Below the pieces are notes generated by a model. It ran no database searches, was not told where the DNA came from, and saw only the letters and a list, made by a program, of their open reading frames with translations. A DNA stretch of 64,000 nucleotides from Solirubrobacterales bacterium. GTDB taxonomy: Bacteria > Actinomycetota > Thermoleophilia > Solirubrobacterales > 70-9. The stretch is from positions 674-64,673 of the forward strand of contig DATDAQ010000069.1 in the NCBI GenBank assembly GCA_036525295.1, written 5' to 3'. A program made the position numbers and the translations under genes. Position 1 is the stretch's first letter. Each line of letters starts with the position of its first letter. Positions 1 to 8,272 of the stretch are shown here, piece after piece.

Positions 1-1
1 G

Positions 2-2554
2 ATCGAAACGCCCTACCGCTACCGCCTTTCCGCCACCAATGAATTCGGCACCGACACCGGAGACCCCGAGCCCTTCACCCTCGAGCCCCCTGCGGTAATC
101 GTCAAGAGTGCGCTGCCGGTCTCCTACGACGAAGCCACGCTGAGGGGGGAAGTCGACCCCTCCGGCTCGCCGACCGAGTACCACTTCGAGTACCTGACCC
201 AGGCCGAATACGAAGAAAACGGCGGAACCTTTGCCGGCGCCCAGAGCACGCCGGTCACCGAGCTGCCGGCGGGAGAAGGCCTTGTCGTGGTCGAAGCGCC
301 GGTCACCGGCCTCGAAGAGGGGACCCTCTACCGCTTCAGGCTTCTCGCCGAGAACGCCGTGGCCGCGACGAGCGTGGAGGGCCCCGCCTTCGAAACGCTG
401 GCGCGCCCCCCGCTGCAGGAATGCGACAACGCCGAATACCGCACCGGCCTCTCCGCCTTCCTGCCCGACTGCCGCGCCTACGAGCTGGTCACCCCGGCCG
501 AGATGTTGTCGACGACGGGGGGATTGACGCGTCTCGGTTCGTTCAGTTCTGAAGCCGGCCATCGGTTCTTCAACAGCTGGTTCGTCGCGCCGCGCGGGGC
601 GCAAGCCGGCGAGAGCGTTGCCTACAGGGCGATGGTCCCCCGGGTGGACGGCCACCCCTTCCGCGCGCAGCGGGGGGAGGGCGACCACCCCAAAGGCGGC
701 TGGCAGAACGAGCCTTACGGGCTCACCTTCGCCCAAGGGGGGGGAGGCGACGGTGAACCCGGTGGGGTCTCCGCAGATCAGCGTTACGCCCTCTACGAGG
801 TCCTCGGACACGAAACTCCGACGGAGCAGTCCTTCCCTTCAGGCACCTACGTGCGTGTCCCCGCCGGCGAGGCGAGCCGCGCGTGTGCGCCAGAGCCCAT
901 AGCGACGTTCAAACTCTCAGACCCCGAAGGTAAGTTCGAGCTGGCCGGCTGCGGCGACCTCGGCACCGACCTCCATGCCGAGGGGCGCTTCCTGGCCGCT
1001 GCCGGCACACACGTAATCTTCACCTCCGACGAGGAACTGGACTCCGCGGCTCCGACGGCGGGCACCGAAGCGATCTACGATCGCAAAGTCGGCAGCGCCG
1101 CCAGCGAGGTCATCTCCGTCGATCCCGACGGCAACGCCTTCGGCGGCAGCGAAGAGCCGCGCTATCTGGCTGCTACCGAAGACGGCTCCGCTGTCGTCTT
1201 CAGCACGGGTGGCCTCGGCAAAACCCTCTATGTGCACCGTAAAGACAAAACGACACAGGTGACCGATGCTGCCAACACCTACGCGGGCATCTCCGAAGAC
1301 GGCAAACGCGTCTTCTTCATGGACAAACCCTTTTTCCCCAACGCGGAAGTCGACTCACCCCCTCCGGCGACGCTCTTCGCCTGTGACATCGAAGGGGGGA
1401 ATTGCGCCGGCCCCGACCAGGAACAGGAACCGATGGAGATCGCCACCGAGTCGAACTTCGTCAACGTCTCCGCCGACGGCTCCCACGTCTTCTTCACCTC
1501 CGAGGAGACCGAACCGTCCGAAGTCATGGAACTGGGCGAAAACGAAAACGGCGAAGAAGCCGAAGAAGGCGAGGCCAACCTCTATGCATGGGACGGCTCC
1601 AAAGCCAGCTTCGTCGCCATCCTGGACCCTCAAGACCTTGTCAACTTCCGCACGGGAGAAAGCCTCGAGGAGGAACAGCAGCTGGAAGACCTGCTGGCGT
1701 GGACCAGCACGATTCCAGGTCAGCGGGCGACCAGCGGAGGGTCGTATGAGGCCGGGCGCGCCTACTCGCCGGCGCGCAGCACGCCCGACGGCGAGGTCTT
1801 CGCCTTCCAGTCCCACGCCCAGCTCACCTCCTACGACAACGAAGGCAAGGGGGAGATCTACCGCTATGACCCCGCGGCCCCCGTGGGCTCTCAGCTGAGC
1901 TGCGTCTCCTGCGACCCGAGCGACGCTCCCCACGACTCCATTGCCGACACCATCTTCCAGTCTCTCTTCCAGGGGGTCACCAATTCCTCGACGATGATCC
2001 CCAACCTCACCGACGACGGGCGGCGGGTCTTCTTCGAGAGCCGCGAGGCACTTCTGCCTGAGGACGCCAACGCGGTGACCGACGTCTACGGGTGGAAAGC
2101 GCCAGGGACAGCCGGTCCCGGTGGCGACACCTGCGAGGATTCGCGTGGCTGCCTGGCGCTGATCTCGACCGGGCAGGGCGAACTGCCGAGCTTCCTCTAC
2201 GGCATGGGCGCCGACGGCGAAGACGTCTTCTTCGTCACGCAGGAGAAGCTGGTGGGAGCCGACCTGCTCGGCACCTTCTCGATCTACGATGCGCGGGTTC
2301 TCGGCGGCATCCCCGACCCGCCTGCGGCTGCTCCCTGCCAGGGCGACGCCTGTCAGGGACCGGCGTCGACCCCGCCGGACCTGCCGGCTCCTGCCTCGAC
2401 TGGCCCCGGCTCCGAAAGCCCACCGCAGGGTCGCCCCCCATGTGCGAAGGGCAAGCACCGGGTCAAAGGCCGTTGTGTGAAAAAGCACAGCAAGAAAAAG
2501 CAGCGCAAGCACTCGAAGAAACGAGCCAATCAGGACCGGGAGGCACGTCGATGA
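2..2554 (+). CDS. Large secreted repeat protein, 5'-truncated by the window edge. FN3-like repeats are followed by PD40/TolB-like beta-propeller repeats and a Cys-containing Lys-rich C-terminal tail.
   Basis: The reading frame is open from position 2 in the same frame as the listed 287..2554 ORF. It has FN3-like motifs (YRYRLSATNEFG, GTLYRFRLLAEN, TEYHFEY). It has recurring DGxxVxF propeller-blade motifs (DGSAVVFS, DGKRVFFMD, DGSHVFFTSEE, DGEVFAFQS, DGRRVFFESRE, GEDVFFVTQE). The tail reads CAKGKHRVKGRCVKKHSKKKQRKHSKKR. Confidence 0.75.
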   Translation: METPYRYRLSATNEFGTDTGDPEPFTLEPPAVIVKSALPVSYDEATLRGEVDPSGSPTEYHFEYLTQAEYEENGGTFAGAQSTPVTELPAGEGLVVVEAPVTGLEEGTLYRFRLLAENAVAATSVEGPAFETLARPPLQECDNAEYRTGLSAFLPDCRAYELVTPAEMLSTTGGLTRLGSFSSEAGHRFFNSWFVAPRGAQAGESVAYRAMVPRVDGHPFRAQRGEGDHPKGGWQNEPYGLTFAQGGGGDGEPGGVSADQRYALYEVLGHETPTEQSFPSGTYVRVPAGEASRACAPEPIATFKLSDPEGKFELAGCGDLGTDLHAEGRFLAAAGTHVIFTSDEELDSAAPTAGTEAIYDRKVGSAASEVISVDPDGNAFGGSEEPRYLAATEDGSAVVFSTGGLGKTLYVHRKDKTTQVTDAANTYAGISEDGKRVFFMDKPFFPNAEVDSPPPATLFACDIEGGNCAGPDQEQEPMEIATESNFVNVSADGSHVFFTSEETEPSEVMELGENENGEEAEEGEANLYAWDGSKASFVAILDPQDLVNFRTGESLEEEQQLEDLLAWTSTIPGQRATSGGSYEAGRAYSPARSTPDGEVFAFQSHAQLTSYDNEGKGEIYRYDPAAPVGSQLSCVSCDPSDAPHDSIADTIFQSLFQGVTNSSTMIPNLTDDGRRVFFESREALLPEDANAVTDVYGWKAPGTAGPGGDTCEDSRGCLALISTGQGELPSFLYGMGADGEDVFFVTQEKLVGADLLGTFSIYDARVLGGIPDPPAAAPCQGDACQGPASTPPDLPAPASTGPGSESPPQGRPPCAKGKHRVKGRCVKKHSKKKQRKHSKKRANQDREARR

Positions 2555-5544
2555 TCCGCCGCATGGGGTCCTACTTCGAGTTGTGGTGCCGCTTCGCAGG
2601 GCGGCGCGACCACAACTACTCGGGTTTCATGCTGACTCTGGCGCACTTCGCATGGCCGTACCACTTTGTAGGGCGGCGCGACCGCAATCACTGGGGTTAC
2701 CAGGGATCGGTGGCGCCCTACGCCGGGTGGAGCCACTTCGCTGGGCGGCGCCACCGCAAGCATTCGAAGAAGCAGCGGGCCAGCTACAGCCCCGATGAAG
2801 GTACGCCGACGATCCTCTGCATAGGCATAGCTGCCCTGCTGGGGTTTACGGCCCTCACCACCCTTGTCCTGGCCGCTCCCGCGGGAGCGATCGCGCCGCC
2901 CTGTCCCGACAAAGCCTTCAAAGCGAAATGCTTCGCGCTCGAGTCGATCGACGCCTCGCTCTCGACTACTCAAGCGGGTGCCCACCCCAACCTCACCCTC
3001 AGCTTCGATATTGCCCAGGATCCTGAAAGCGAGCCGGACGAGAAGGGCATGCACGACTCCTTCGTGCCGACCCGTAACGTACGCACCGACGTTCCTCCGG
3101 GACTGGTCGGGGACCCCAGCGTGCTCGGGCTGCCTCAGCAGTGCCGGGTGGTCGAACTGGCGGTGGGAGAATGCCCCAACGGCTCCCAGATCGGCACCGT
3201 CAGAGCTGACCTCTACGGCTCCGACGCCGTCTACATCCAACCCCTCTACATGATGGTGCCGCCGGGCGGGGATGTGATCGCGCGGGTGGGCTTCGTCGGC
3301 GGCACGATCGGGACGACCATCTACGCCGATGCGACGCTGCGCTCCGAGGGCGACTACGGTCTCAGCGTCGAAGTCGTCGACGCCCCGGTGGTCAGTGGCG
3401 TGCACCTGGTCGGAGCCGAAACGAAATTGTGGGGGGTGCCGGCGGCCAAAGAGCACGACACCGAACGCTGCACGCCTGGAGAGGTGTTTACGGACAACTG
3501 CACCGAATCGCCCTCGCGCCCCCCCGGTTCGCGCGAACTGCCCTTCCTTACCAACCCGACCCGCTGCGGGGTGCCACTGGAGATGAAAGTCGCCGCCTCC
3601 GGCTGGGCGGAACCGGAACGCTTCGACACCATGACAGCGAGCTTCCCCCAGATCACCGGCTGCAACAAACTGCCCTTTGGCCCGGGCCTCACGATCGAGC
3701 CGACCAACCGGCGTGCGGGGGCGCCGACCGGCCTCGACGTGACTGCCCGGATACCGGCCTCGGAGGGCGCGAAAGTGCTCGAACCCTCCCAGACGCGCGA
3801 TGTCCGCGTGACGCTGCCCGAGGGAATGACGGTCAATCCAGGCGCCGCCGACGGCCTTGATGTGTGCACCGAAGCGCAGGTTAAATTCGGCAAACGGGTG
3901 GCCGCCGAATGCCCCGACGCGGCCAAGCTGGCCGAGTTCGAGGTCGAGATCCCGGCACTGCCGCGGCGGATGAAAGGCGCGATCTATCTGCGTGAGCCCG
4001 AACCGGGCAACCTCTACCGCTTCTGGGCGGTCGCCGACGACCTTGGCGCGCACGTGAAGCTGCAGGGCCAGCTCAACCTGAACGAGCAGACCGGACAGAT
4101 GGAATCGACGATCCTCGACGTCCCCCAGGCACCGGTGCGCGAGATGAAGATCGTCTTCAAGTCGGGCTTTAGGGCGCCGCTGCTCAATCCGCCCACCTGT
4201 GGGGACTACGCCAGCAAATACGAATTCGTCCCCTGGTCGGGTGGCTTGCCGCAGATCTCCAATTCCCATATGACGATCGACGAAGGCTGCGAGGGCCTCG
4301 GGGGCTTCAGCCCGAAGATCTCCGCCGGCTCCACCGACGCCCAGGGTGGTGCCCACTCGCCCTTCTCCCTCACCATCGCACGCCAGGACGGCGAAGAGAA
4401 CCTCGCTGCCCTGGAGATCACCCTGCCCAGGGGCATGGCCGCCACCTTCGCCGGCATCCCGCGCTGCGAAGGCGTAGCGGCCGAAACGGGTCAGTGCTCG
4501 GCCGAGAGCCGCGTCGGCAGGGTTACCGCCTCCGTCGGCGCCGGCTCCAACCCGCTCTGGGTCCCCCAGCCTGGCAAGCGCCCGACTGCCGTCTACCTCG
4601 GCGGCCCCTACAAGGACGCCCCGCTCAGCGTGATCGCCGTCGTGCCCGCTCAGGCGGGTCCCTTCGACCTCGGCGACCAGGTGGTCCGCTCCGCCATTTA
4701 CGTCGACCCGGTCACCGCCCAGGCGACCGCCAAGTCGGATCCGCTGCCACAGATCCTCGAAGGCGTGCCAGTGCGCTACCGCACCACCAACGTCTTCCTG
4801 GACCGCCCGGGCTTCTCCCTCAACCCGACCTCCTGCGCGCGAAAGGCGACGACGTCCGCGATCCTCTCCGCTGGGGGAAAGATCGCCAATCCGTCCTCTC
4901 CCTACGCCGCGACCGACTGCGACAGGCTCGGCTTCAAGCCCCAGCTCGCCATGCGGCTATTCGGCGGCACCCATAGGGGATCCCACCCGAGGCTGCGCAC
5001 GATCCTCAAGATGCCCCCGGGCGGCGCCAACATCGGCAGCTTCTCGGTGGCCCTGCCGCACTCGGCATTCCTCGACCAGGCCCATATCCGCACCGTCTGC
5101 ACCCGAGTGCAGTTTGCCGCGGACCAATGCCCGGCCGGATCGATCTACGGAGCGGTGAAGGCCAGGACCCCCTTGTTCGACGAGACCCTGGAAGGTCAGA
5201 TCTACCTGCGCTCCTCAAACAACCCGCTACCCGACATGGTCGCCGTGGTCAAGGGCCCGCCCTCCCTGCCATTCGAGGTGCACTCGGCCGCACGGATCGA
5301 CTCGGTGAATGGCGGTATTCGCGCCACCTTCGATTCCTTCCCGGATGCCCCGATCACTGAAGCCGTCGCCAGCTTCCCGGGTGGCAGCAAGGGTCTGATC
5401 GTCAACTCGACCAACCTCTGCGCCAAAGTCAACAAGGTCACTGCCAAATTCACCGGGCACAACGGCAAGAAAGCCACGTTGAACCCGGTGCTGAAGGCTT
5501 CCTGCGGTGCGAAAGCAAAACGCCGCGCAGGACGTGGGCGCTAG
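2551..5544 (+). CDS. Large (about 1000 aa) membrane-anchored or secreted hypothetical protein. It has an N-terminal basic 3x24-aa repeat, one hydrophobic anchor or signal segment, and a large extracytoplasmic domain.
   Basis: The ATG at 2551 overlaps the upstream TGA (ATGA), suggesting translational coupling. A hydrophobic segment ILCIGIAALLGFTALTTLVLAAPAGA follows the basic stretch RRHRKHSKKQRA. It is a long uninterrupted ORF with normal GC3-rich codon usage. I recognise no family. The start is uncertain; a GTG near 2710 is an alternative. Confidence 0.7.
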   Translation: MIRRMGSYFELWCRFAGRRDHNYSGFMLTLAHFAWPYHFVGRRDRNHWGYQGSVAPYAGWSHFAGRRHRKHSKKQRASYSPDEGTPTILCIGIAALLGFTALTTLVLAAPAGAIAPPCPDKAFKAKCFALESIDASLSTTQAGAHPNLTLSFDIAQDPESEPDEKGMHDSFVPTRNVRTDVPPGLVGDPSVLGLPQQCRVVELAVGECPNGSQIGTVRADLYGSDAVYIQPLYMMVPPGGDVIARVGFVGGTIGTTIYADATLRSEGDYGLSVEVVDAPVVSGVHLVGAETKLWGVPAAKEHDTERCTPGEVFTDNCTESPSRPPGSRELPFLTNPTRCGVPLEMKVAASGWAEPERFDTMTASFPQITGCNKLPFGPGLTIEPTNRRAGAPTGLDVTARIPASEGAKVLEPSQTRDVRVTLPEGMTVNPGAADGLDVCTEAQVKFGKRVAAECPDAAKLAEFEVEIPALPRRMKGAIYLREPEPGNLYRFWAVADDLGAHVKLQGQLNLNEQTGQMESTILDVPQAPVREMKIVFKSGFRAPLLNPPTCGDYASKYEFVPWSGGLPQISNSHMTIDEGCEGLGGFSPKISAGSTDAQGGAHSPFSLTIARQDGEENLAALEITLPRGMAATFAGIPRCEGVAAETGQCSAESRVGRVTASVGAGSNPLWVPQPGKRPTAVYLGGPYKDAPLSVIAVVPAQAGPFDLGDQVVRSAIYVDPVTAQATAKSDPLPQILEGVPVRYRTTNVFLDRPGFSLNPTSCARKATTSAILSAGGKIANPSSPYAATDCDRLGFKPQLAMRLFGGTHRGSHPRLRTILKMPPGGANIGSFSVALPHSAFLDQAHIRTVCTRVQFAADQCPAGSIYGAVKARTPLFDETLEGQIYLRSSNNPLPDMVAVVKGPPSLPFEVHSAARIDSVNGGIRATFDSFPDAPITEAVASFPGGSKGLIVNSTNLCAKVNKVTAKFTGHNGKKATLNPVLKASCGAKAKRRAGRGR
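2599..2770 (+). repeat. Tandem triplication with an exact 72-nt (24-codon) period at the 5' end of the 2551..5544 CDS
   Basis: The motif GGGCGGCGC(G/C)ACC(A/G)CAA occurs at 2599, 2671 and 2743, spaced 72 and 72 nt apart. It encodes HF(A/V)GRR(D/H)(H/R)(N/K)(Y/H) three times. Confidence 0.8.
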
Positions 5545-5607
5545 TTCCCTCGCTGTGACCTAACCCGGGGAGACGTCCTCCCCTCCATACGTGTTCGCAC
5601 CGCACCG

Positions 5608-5637
5608 GCACCGATCCGTGCGCACGCGGATCGGTGC
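5608..5637 (+). terminator. GC-rich hairpin (GCACCGATCCG / CGGATCGGTGC), copy 1 of 5. It may be a terminator or processing hairpin, or alternatively an operator.
   Basis: It is a perfect inverted repeat with an 8-9 nt loop, 63 nt after the stop of the 2551..5544 CDS. There is no U-tract. Confidence 0.45.
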
Positions 5638-5820
5638 GTGCGCCGACCCATCACCTCGCCAAGTGCAGGGGGAATCGGGCGCCCTCAGGCTGGGGCGACG
5701 AGTAAGGGCAACGAAGCTCGACATCGCGCCACCGGAGGCTCAGGATCGCCTCTGAGAGCCCGCCACCGGCGGGCATCGAGCAAACGATCCCGGCATGCTC
5801 GCGGGAAGGGAGAATCCATC

Positions 5821-6426
5821 ATGAGACTCATCAAGATGTTCGGCCTCGCCGCGCTCGCGGCAGTGGCGGCAATGGCAGTCGTCGGCGCGACGTCGGCCTC
5901 GGCGTCAACTACCACCCAGCTCTGTGGCGTCCACACCTCCTTAACCTGTGGGGACGGCAACGGATCGGCGCAAGTTCACCTGGTCACAGCTGCTGGTACG
6001 GTATTAAAACTGTTAGCAACGATAAGCGTCTTATGTTTAGGGGAGTTATGGCAGCTTGATACCTTAGGCTTAGGCAACCCACAGTCAGTTCACTCTTTAA
6101 CCAAAACAGTCACAGGTTGTGGCACGGGTTCCTCCCACAACAACTGCACGGTGACCGTTCAGGAACAGCCCTTATTCGACGTCTTAAAGACGGGGTTAGA
6201 CGAAGGGGTCGCGACGTCCACAAACGGCCGCTTACGTCTTCAGTGCGCCAACCTTGGTCTCGACTGCGTTTATGACCTAGAAGGTCTCGAACTCGCAGTT
6301 GGGGGCGGGCATTGGACTTTTGACGAAACCCCCACCAATGAATTAGGCGGCAAATTCTTCTGCCCTGACGAAGGGCTCCTGGACGCGTTATTTGAAACAT
6401 TAGGGAACGTGTTCGTACTTCAGTAG
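5821..6426 (+). CDS. Secreted 8-Cys paralog A (201 aa, Sec signal peptide), unknown family
   Basis: The start was chosen by homology with the other four copies (MRL[IVT]K[MT]F..AALA..AAMA.VGA.SASA) and by a GGGAG SD 8 nt upstream. The longer 5638 start is not supported. I counted 16 in-frame TTA codons manually. Confidence 0.9.
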   Translation: MRLIKMFGLAALAAVAAMAVVGATSASASTTTQLCGVHTSLTCGDGNGSAQVHLVTAAGTVLKLLATISVLCLGELWQLDTLGLGNPQSVHSLTKTVTGCGTGSSHNNCTVTVQEQPLFDVLKTGLDEGVATSTNGRLRLQCANLGLDCVYDLEGLELAVGGGHWTFDETPTNELGGKFFCPDEGLLDALFETLGNVFVLQ

Positions 6427-6451
6427 AAACCAGGACTTGAGTGCACAGCAA

Positions 6452-6483
6452 GCACCGATCTGTGCACACACGCGGATCGGTGC
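6452..6483 (+). terminator. Conserved hairpin, copy 2 (slightly degenerate, GCACCGATC / GATCGGTGC)
   Basis: An inverted repeat 25 nt after the paralog A stop. Confidence 0.45.
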
Positions 6484-6584
6484 GTGCGTGAATAGGACAT
6501 CCTGTCAAGTTGCGGGCAAGCTCCCCACTCGGCGGGCATTGAGCAAGCGACCCCGGCGAACGCTCGCCGGAAGGGAGAATCACC

Positions 6585-7193
6585 ATGAGACTCATCAAGA
6601 CGTTCGGCCTCGCCGCGCTCGCGGCGTTGGCGGCAATGGCATTTGTCGGCGCGGCGTCGGTATCGGCCTCGACCAGCACGCAGCTCTGCACCATCCATAC
6701 GGGCTTAACGTGTGGGGCTGGGAGCGCAGCCACTTCGGTTCACATGACCCTAGCAGTAGGAACTGTTGGCAAACTATTAGGCTCGATCAGCGTCTTATGC
6801 TTAGGCGCTTTAGTGGAAGCCGAAGCCTTAGGGTTAGGCAAACCCCAGTCGGTGCACACCACGTCCATGTCGTTCTCAGGCTGCGGTACCGGCTCCGGGC
6901 ACAGCAACTGCACGGTGACCGTACTGGAAGAGCCTTTAGCTAATCTCTTAAAAACTGGGTTAGATGAAGGGATCCTTACTCCTACAAATGGTCGCATTTT
7001 GCTCCATTGCTCCAATCTTGGCATATACTGCACGTATGACCTCGAAGGTCTTGAATTGGAAGTCGGCGACCAACACCTAACCATGGAAGAAACCCCCGCC
7101 AAAGAATTAGGCGGCAAATTCTTCTGCCCCGACGAAGGGCTCCTAGACGGGTTATTGAAAACCACGTTTGCGAATACATACGTACTTCAGTAG
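6585..7193 (+). CDS. Secreted 8-Cys paralog B (202 aa)
   Basis: It has signal peptide MRLIKTFGLAALAALAAMAFVGAASVSAS and the conserved Cys pattern and motifs LKTGLDEG, ELGGKFFCPDEG. An SD GGGAG lies upstream. I counted about 12 TTA codons. Confidence 0.9.
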   Translation: MRLIKTFGLAALAALAAMAFVGAASVSASTSTQLCTIHTGLTCGAGSAATSVHMTLAVGTVGKLLGSISVLCLGALVEAEALGLGKPQSVHTTSMSFSGCGTGSGHSNCTVTVLEEPLANLLKTGLDEGILTPTNGRILLHCSNLGIYCTYDLEGLELEVGDQHLTMEETPAKELGGKFFCPDEGLLDGLLKTTFANTYVLQ

Positions 7194-7213
7194 TCGTCTG
7201 AATACTGAGTTCA

Positions 7214-7245
7214 CGCACCGATCCGTGCACACGCGGATCGGTGCG
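7214..7245 (+). terminator. Conserved hairpin, copy 3 (CGCACCGATCCG-8nt-CGGATCGGTGCG)
   Basis: A perfect 12-bp stem 20 nt after the paralog B stop. Confidence 0.45.
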
Positions 7246-7428
7246 TGCGCTGTCTGGTCATCTCGCCAGGTGCAGGGAATCGTATGCCCCTCTGGATCGG
7301 GGTGATGGATGGAGATAGCAGAGCTCGACATCGCAGCGCCGGAGCCTCAGGATCGCCTGTGAGAGTCCGCCACTCGGCGGGCATCTAGCAAACGATCCCG
7401 GCAACCTTCGCCGGAAGGGAGATCCACC

Positions 7429-8034
7429 ATGAGACTCGTCAAGACGTTCGCCTCCGCGGCGCTCGCGGTGTTGGCGGCAATGGCATTCGTCGGCGCCACC
7501 TCAGCGTCGGCCTCGACTACCACCCAGCTCTGTGGTATCCACAACTCCTTAACCTGTGGAGACGGCAACGGATCGGCGCAGGTTCATCTGGTCCTTGCTG
7601 CTGGCACGGTATTACAACTATTAGCAACGATAAACGTCTTATGTTTAGGGGAGTTATGGGAGCTTGATACCTTAGGCTTAGGCAATCCACAGTCAGTTCA
7701 CACTTTAACCCACACAGTCTCGGGTTGTGGCACAGGGCCCTCCCACGACAACTGCACAGTGACCGTTCAGGAGCAGTCTTTATTCAACGTCTTAAAGACG
7801 GGGTTAGATGAAGGGGTCGCGACGTCCACGAACGGCCGCTTACGTCTCCAGTGCGCCAACCTTGGTCTCGACTGCGTGTATGACCTAGAAGGTCTCGAAG
7901 CCTCAGTTGGGAACGGGCATTGGACTTTTGAAGAAACCCCCACCAATGAATTAGGCGGCAAATTCTTCTGCCCCGACGAAGGTTTCGTCCACGCGTTACT
8001 GGAAACATTAGGGGACGTGTACGTCCTTCAGTAG
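7429..8034 (+). CDS. Secreted 8-Cys paralog C (201 aa), closest to paralog A
   Basis: Same architecture as the others and very similar to A along its whole length. I counted 16 TTA codons. Confidence 0.9.
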   Translation: MRLVKTFASAALAVLAAMAFVGATSASASTTTQLCGIHNSLTCGDGNGSAQVHLVLAAGTVLQLLATINVLCLGELWELDTLGLGNPQSVHTLTHTVSGCGTGPSHDNCTVTVQEQSLFNVLKTGLDEGVATSTNGRLRLQCANLGLDCVYDLEGLEASVGNGHWTFEETPTNELGGKFFCPDEGFVHALLETLGDVYVLQ

Positions 8035-8057
8035 AAACGGGCCTTGAGTGCACAGCA

Positions 8058-8089
8058 CGCACCGATCCGTGCACACGCGGATCGGTGCG
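8058..8089 (+). terminator. Conserved hairpin, copy 4
   Basis: A perfect 12-bp stem 23 nt after the paralog C stop. Confidence 0.45.
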
Positions 8090-8272
8090 TGCGCTGTCTG
8101 GTCATCTCGCCAGGTGCAGGGGGACTCGAGCCCTTCTGGATCGGGGTAATGAATGGAGATAGCAGAGCTCGACATCGCAGCGCCGGAGCCTCAGGATCGC
8201 CTGTGAGAGCCCGCCACTCGGCGGGCATCTAGCAAACGATCCCGGCAACGCTCGCCGGAAGGGAGATTCACC

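Noticed and set aside
1355-2512. A long antisense ORF (385 aa) within the first large gene. Similar long shadow ORFs occur at 2530..4356 -, 11243..13672 +, 23416..25308 +, 27108..28832 -, 38818..39774 -, 51266..53254 -, 52141..54081 +, 56233..57750 - and 61013..63391 +.
   Set aside because: These are typical GC-rich shadow frames. They have Arg/Gly/Pro/Ala-dominated low-complexity translations, they lie opposite or out of frame to genes with clear family signatures, and they have no motifs of their own.
2092-2550. The long upstream extension of the second large ORF, from the listed start at 2092.
   Set aside because: It overlaps the well-supported C-terminal part of the first gene in another frame and translates to Arg-rich low-complexity sequence. 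The ATGA junction at 2551 is the more parsimonious start.
5638-5820. An upstream extension of paralog A, from the listed 262-aa ORF starting at 5638.
   Set aside because: The other four paralogs all start at the homologous MRL(I/V/T)K with an SD 8 nt upstream. The extension covers the conserved non-coding leader and translates to Arg/Gly-rich sequence with no coding signature.
6820-6840. Telomere-like TTAGGGTTAGG strings inside the paralogs (also near 9355).
   Set aside because: They are simply consecutive TTA-GGN codons encoding the conserved L-G-L-G motif and are not tandemly extended.
8044-8232. ORFs of about 60 aa inside the conserved leaders (for example 8044..8232 +, the start of 6437..6943 +, and 8812..9048 +).
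   Set aside because: Their frames are not preserved between leader copies because indels of 1-3 nt differ among copies. Their composition is Arg/Ala/Gly-rich and no SD is present. Conservation is better explained at the nucleotide or RNA level.
8161-8272. A T-box or other known riboswitch in the paralog leaders. This was attractive given the TTA loading.
   Set aside because: I could not find the T-box consensus (AANNNGGGUGGNACCGCG-like) or a specifier-loop layout, and I recognised no core of another riboswitch class. It is kept only as an unclassified candidate structure.
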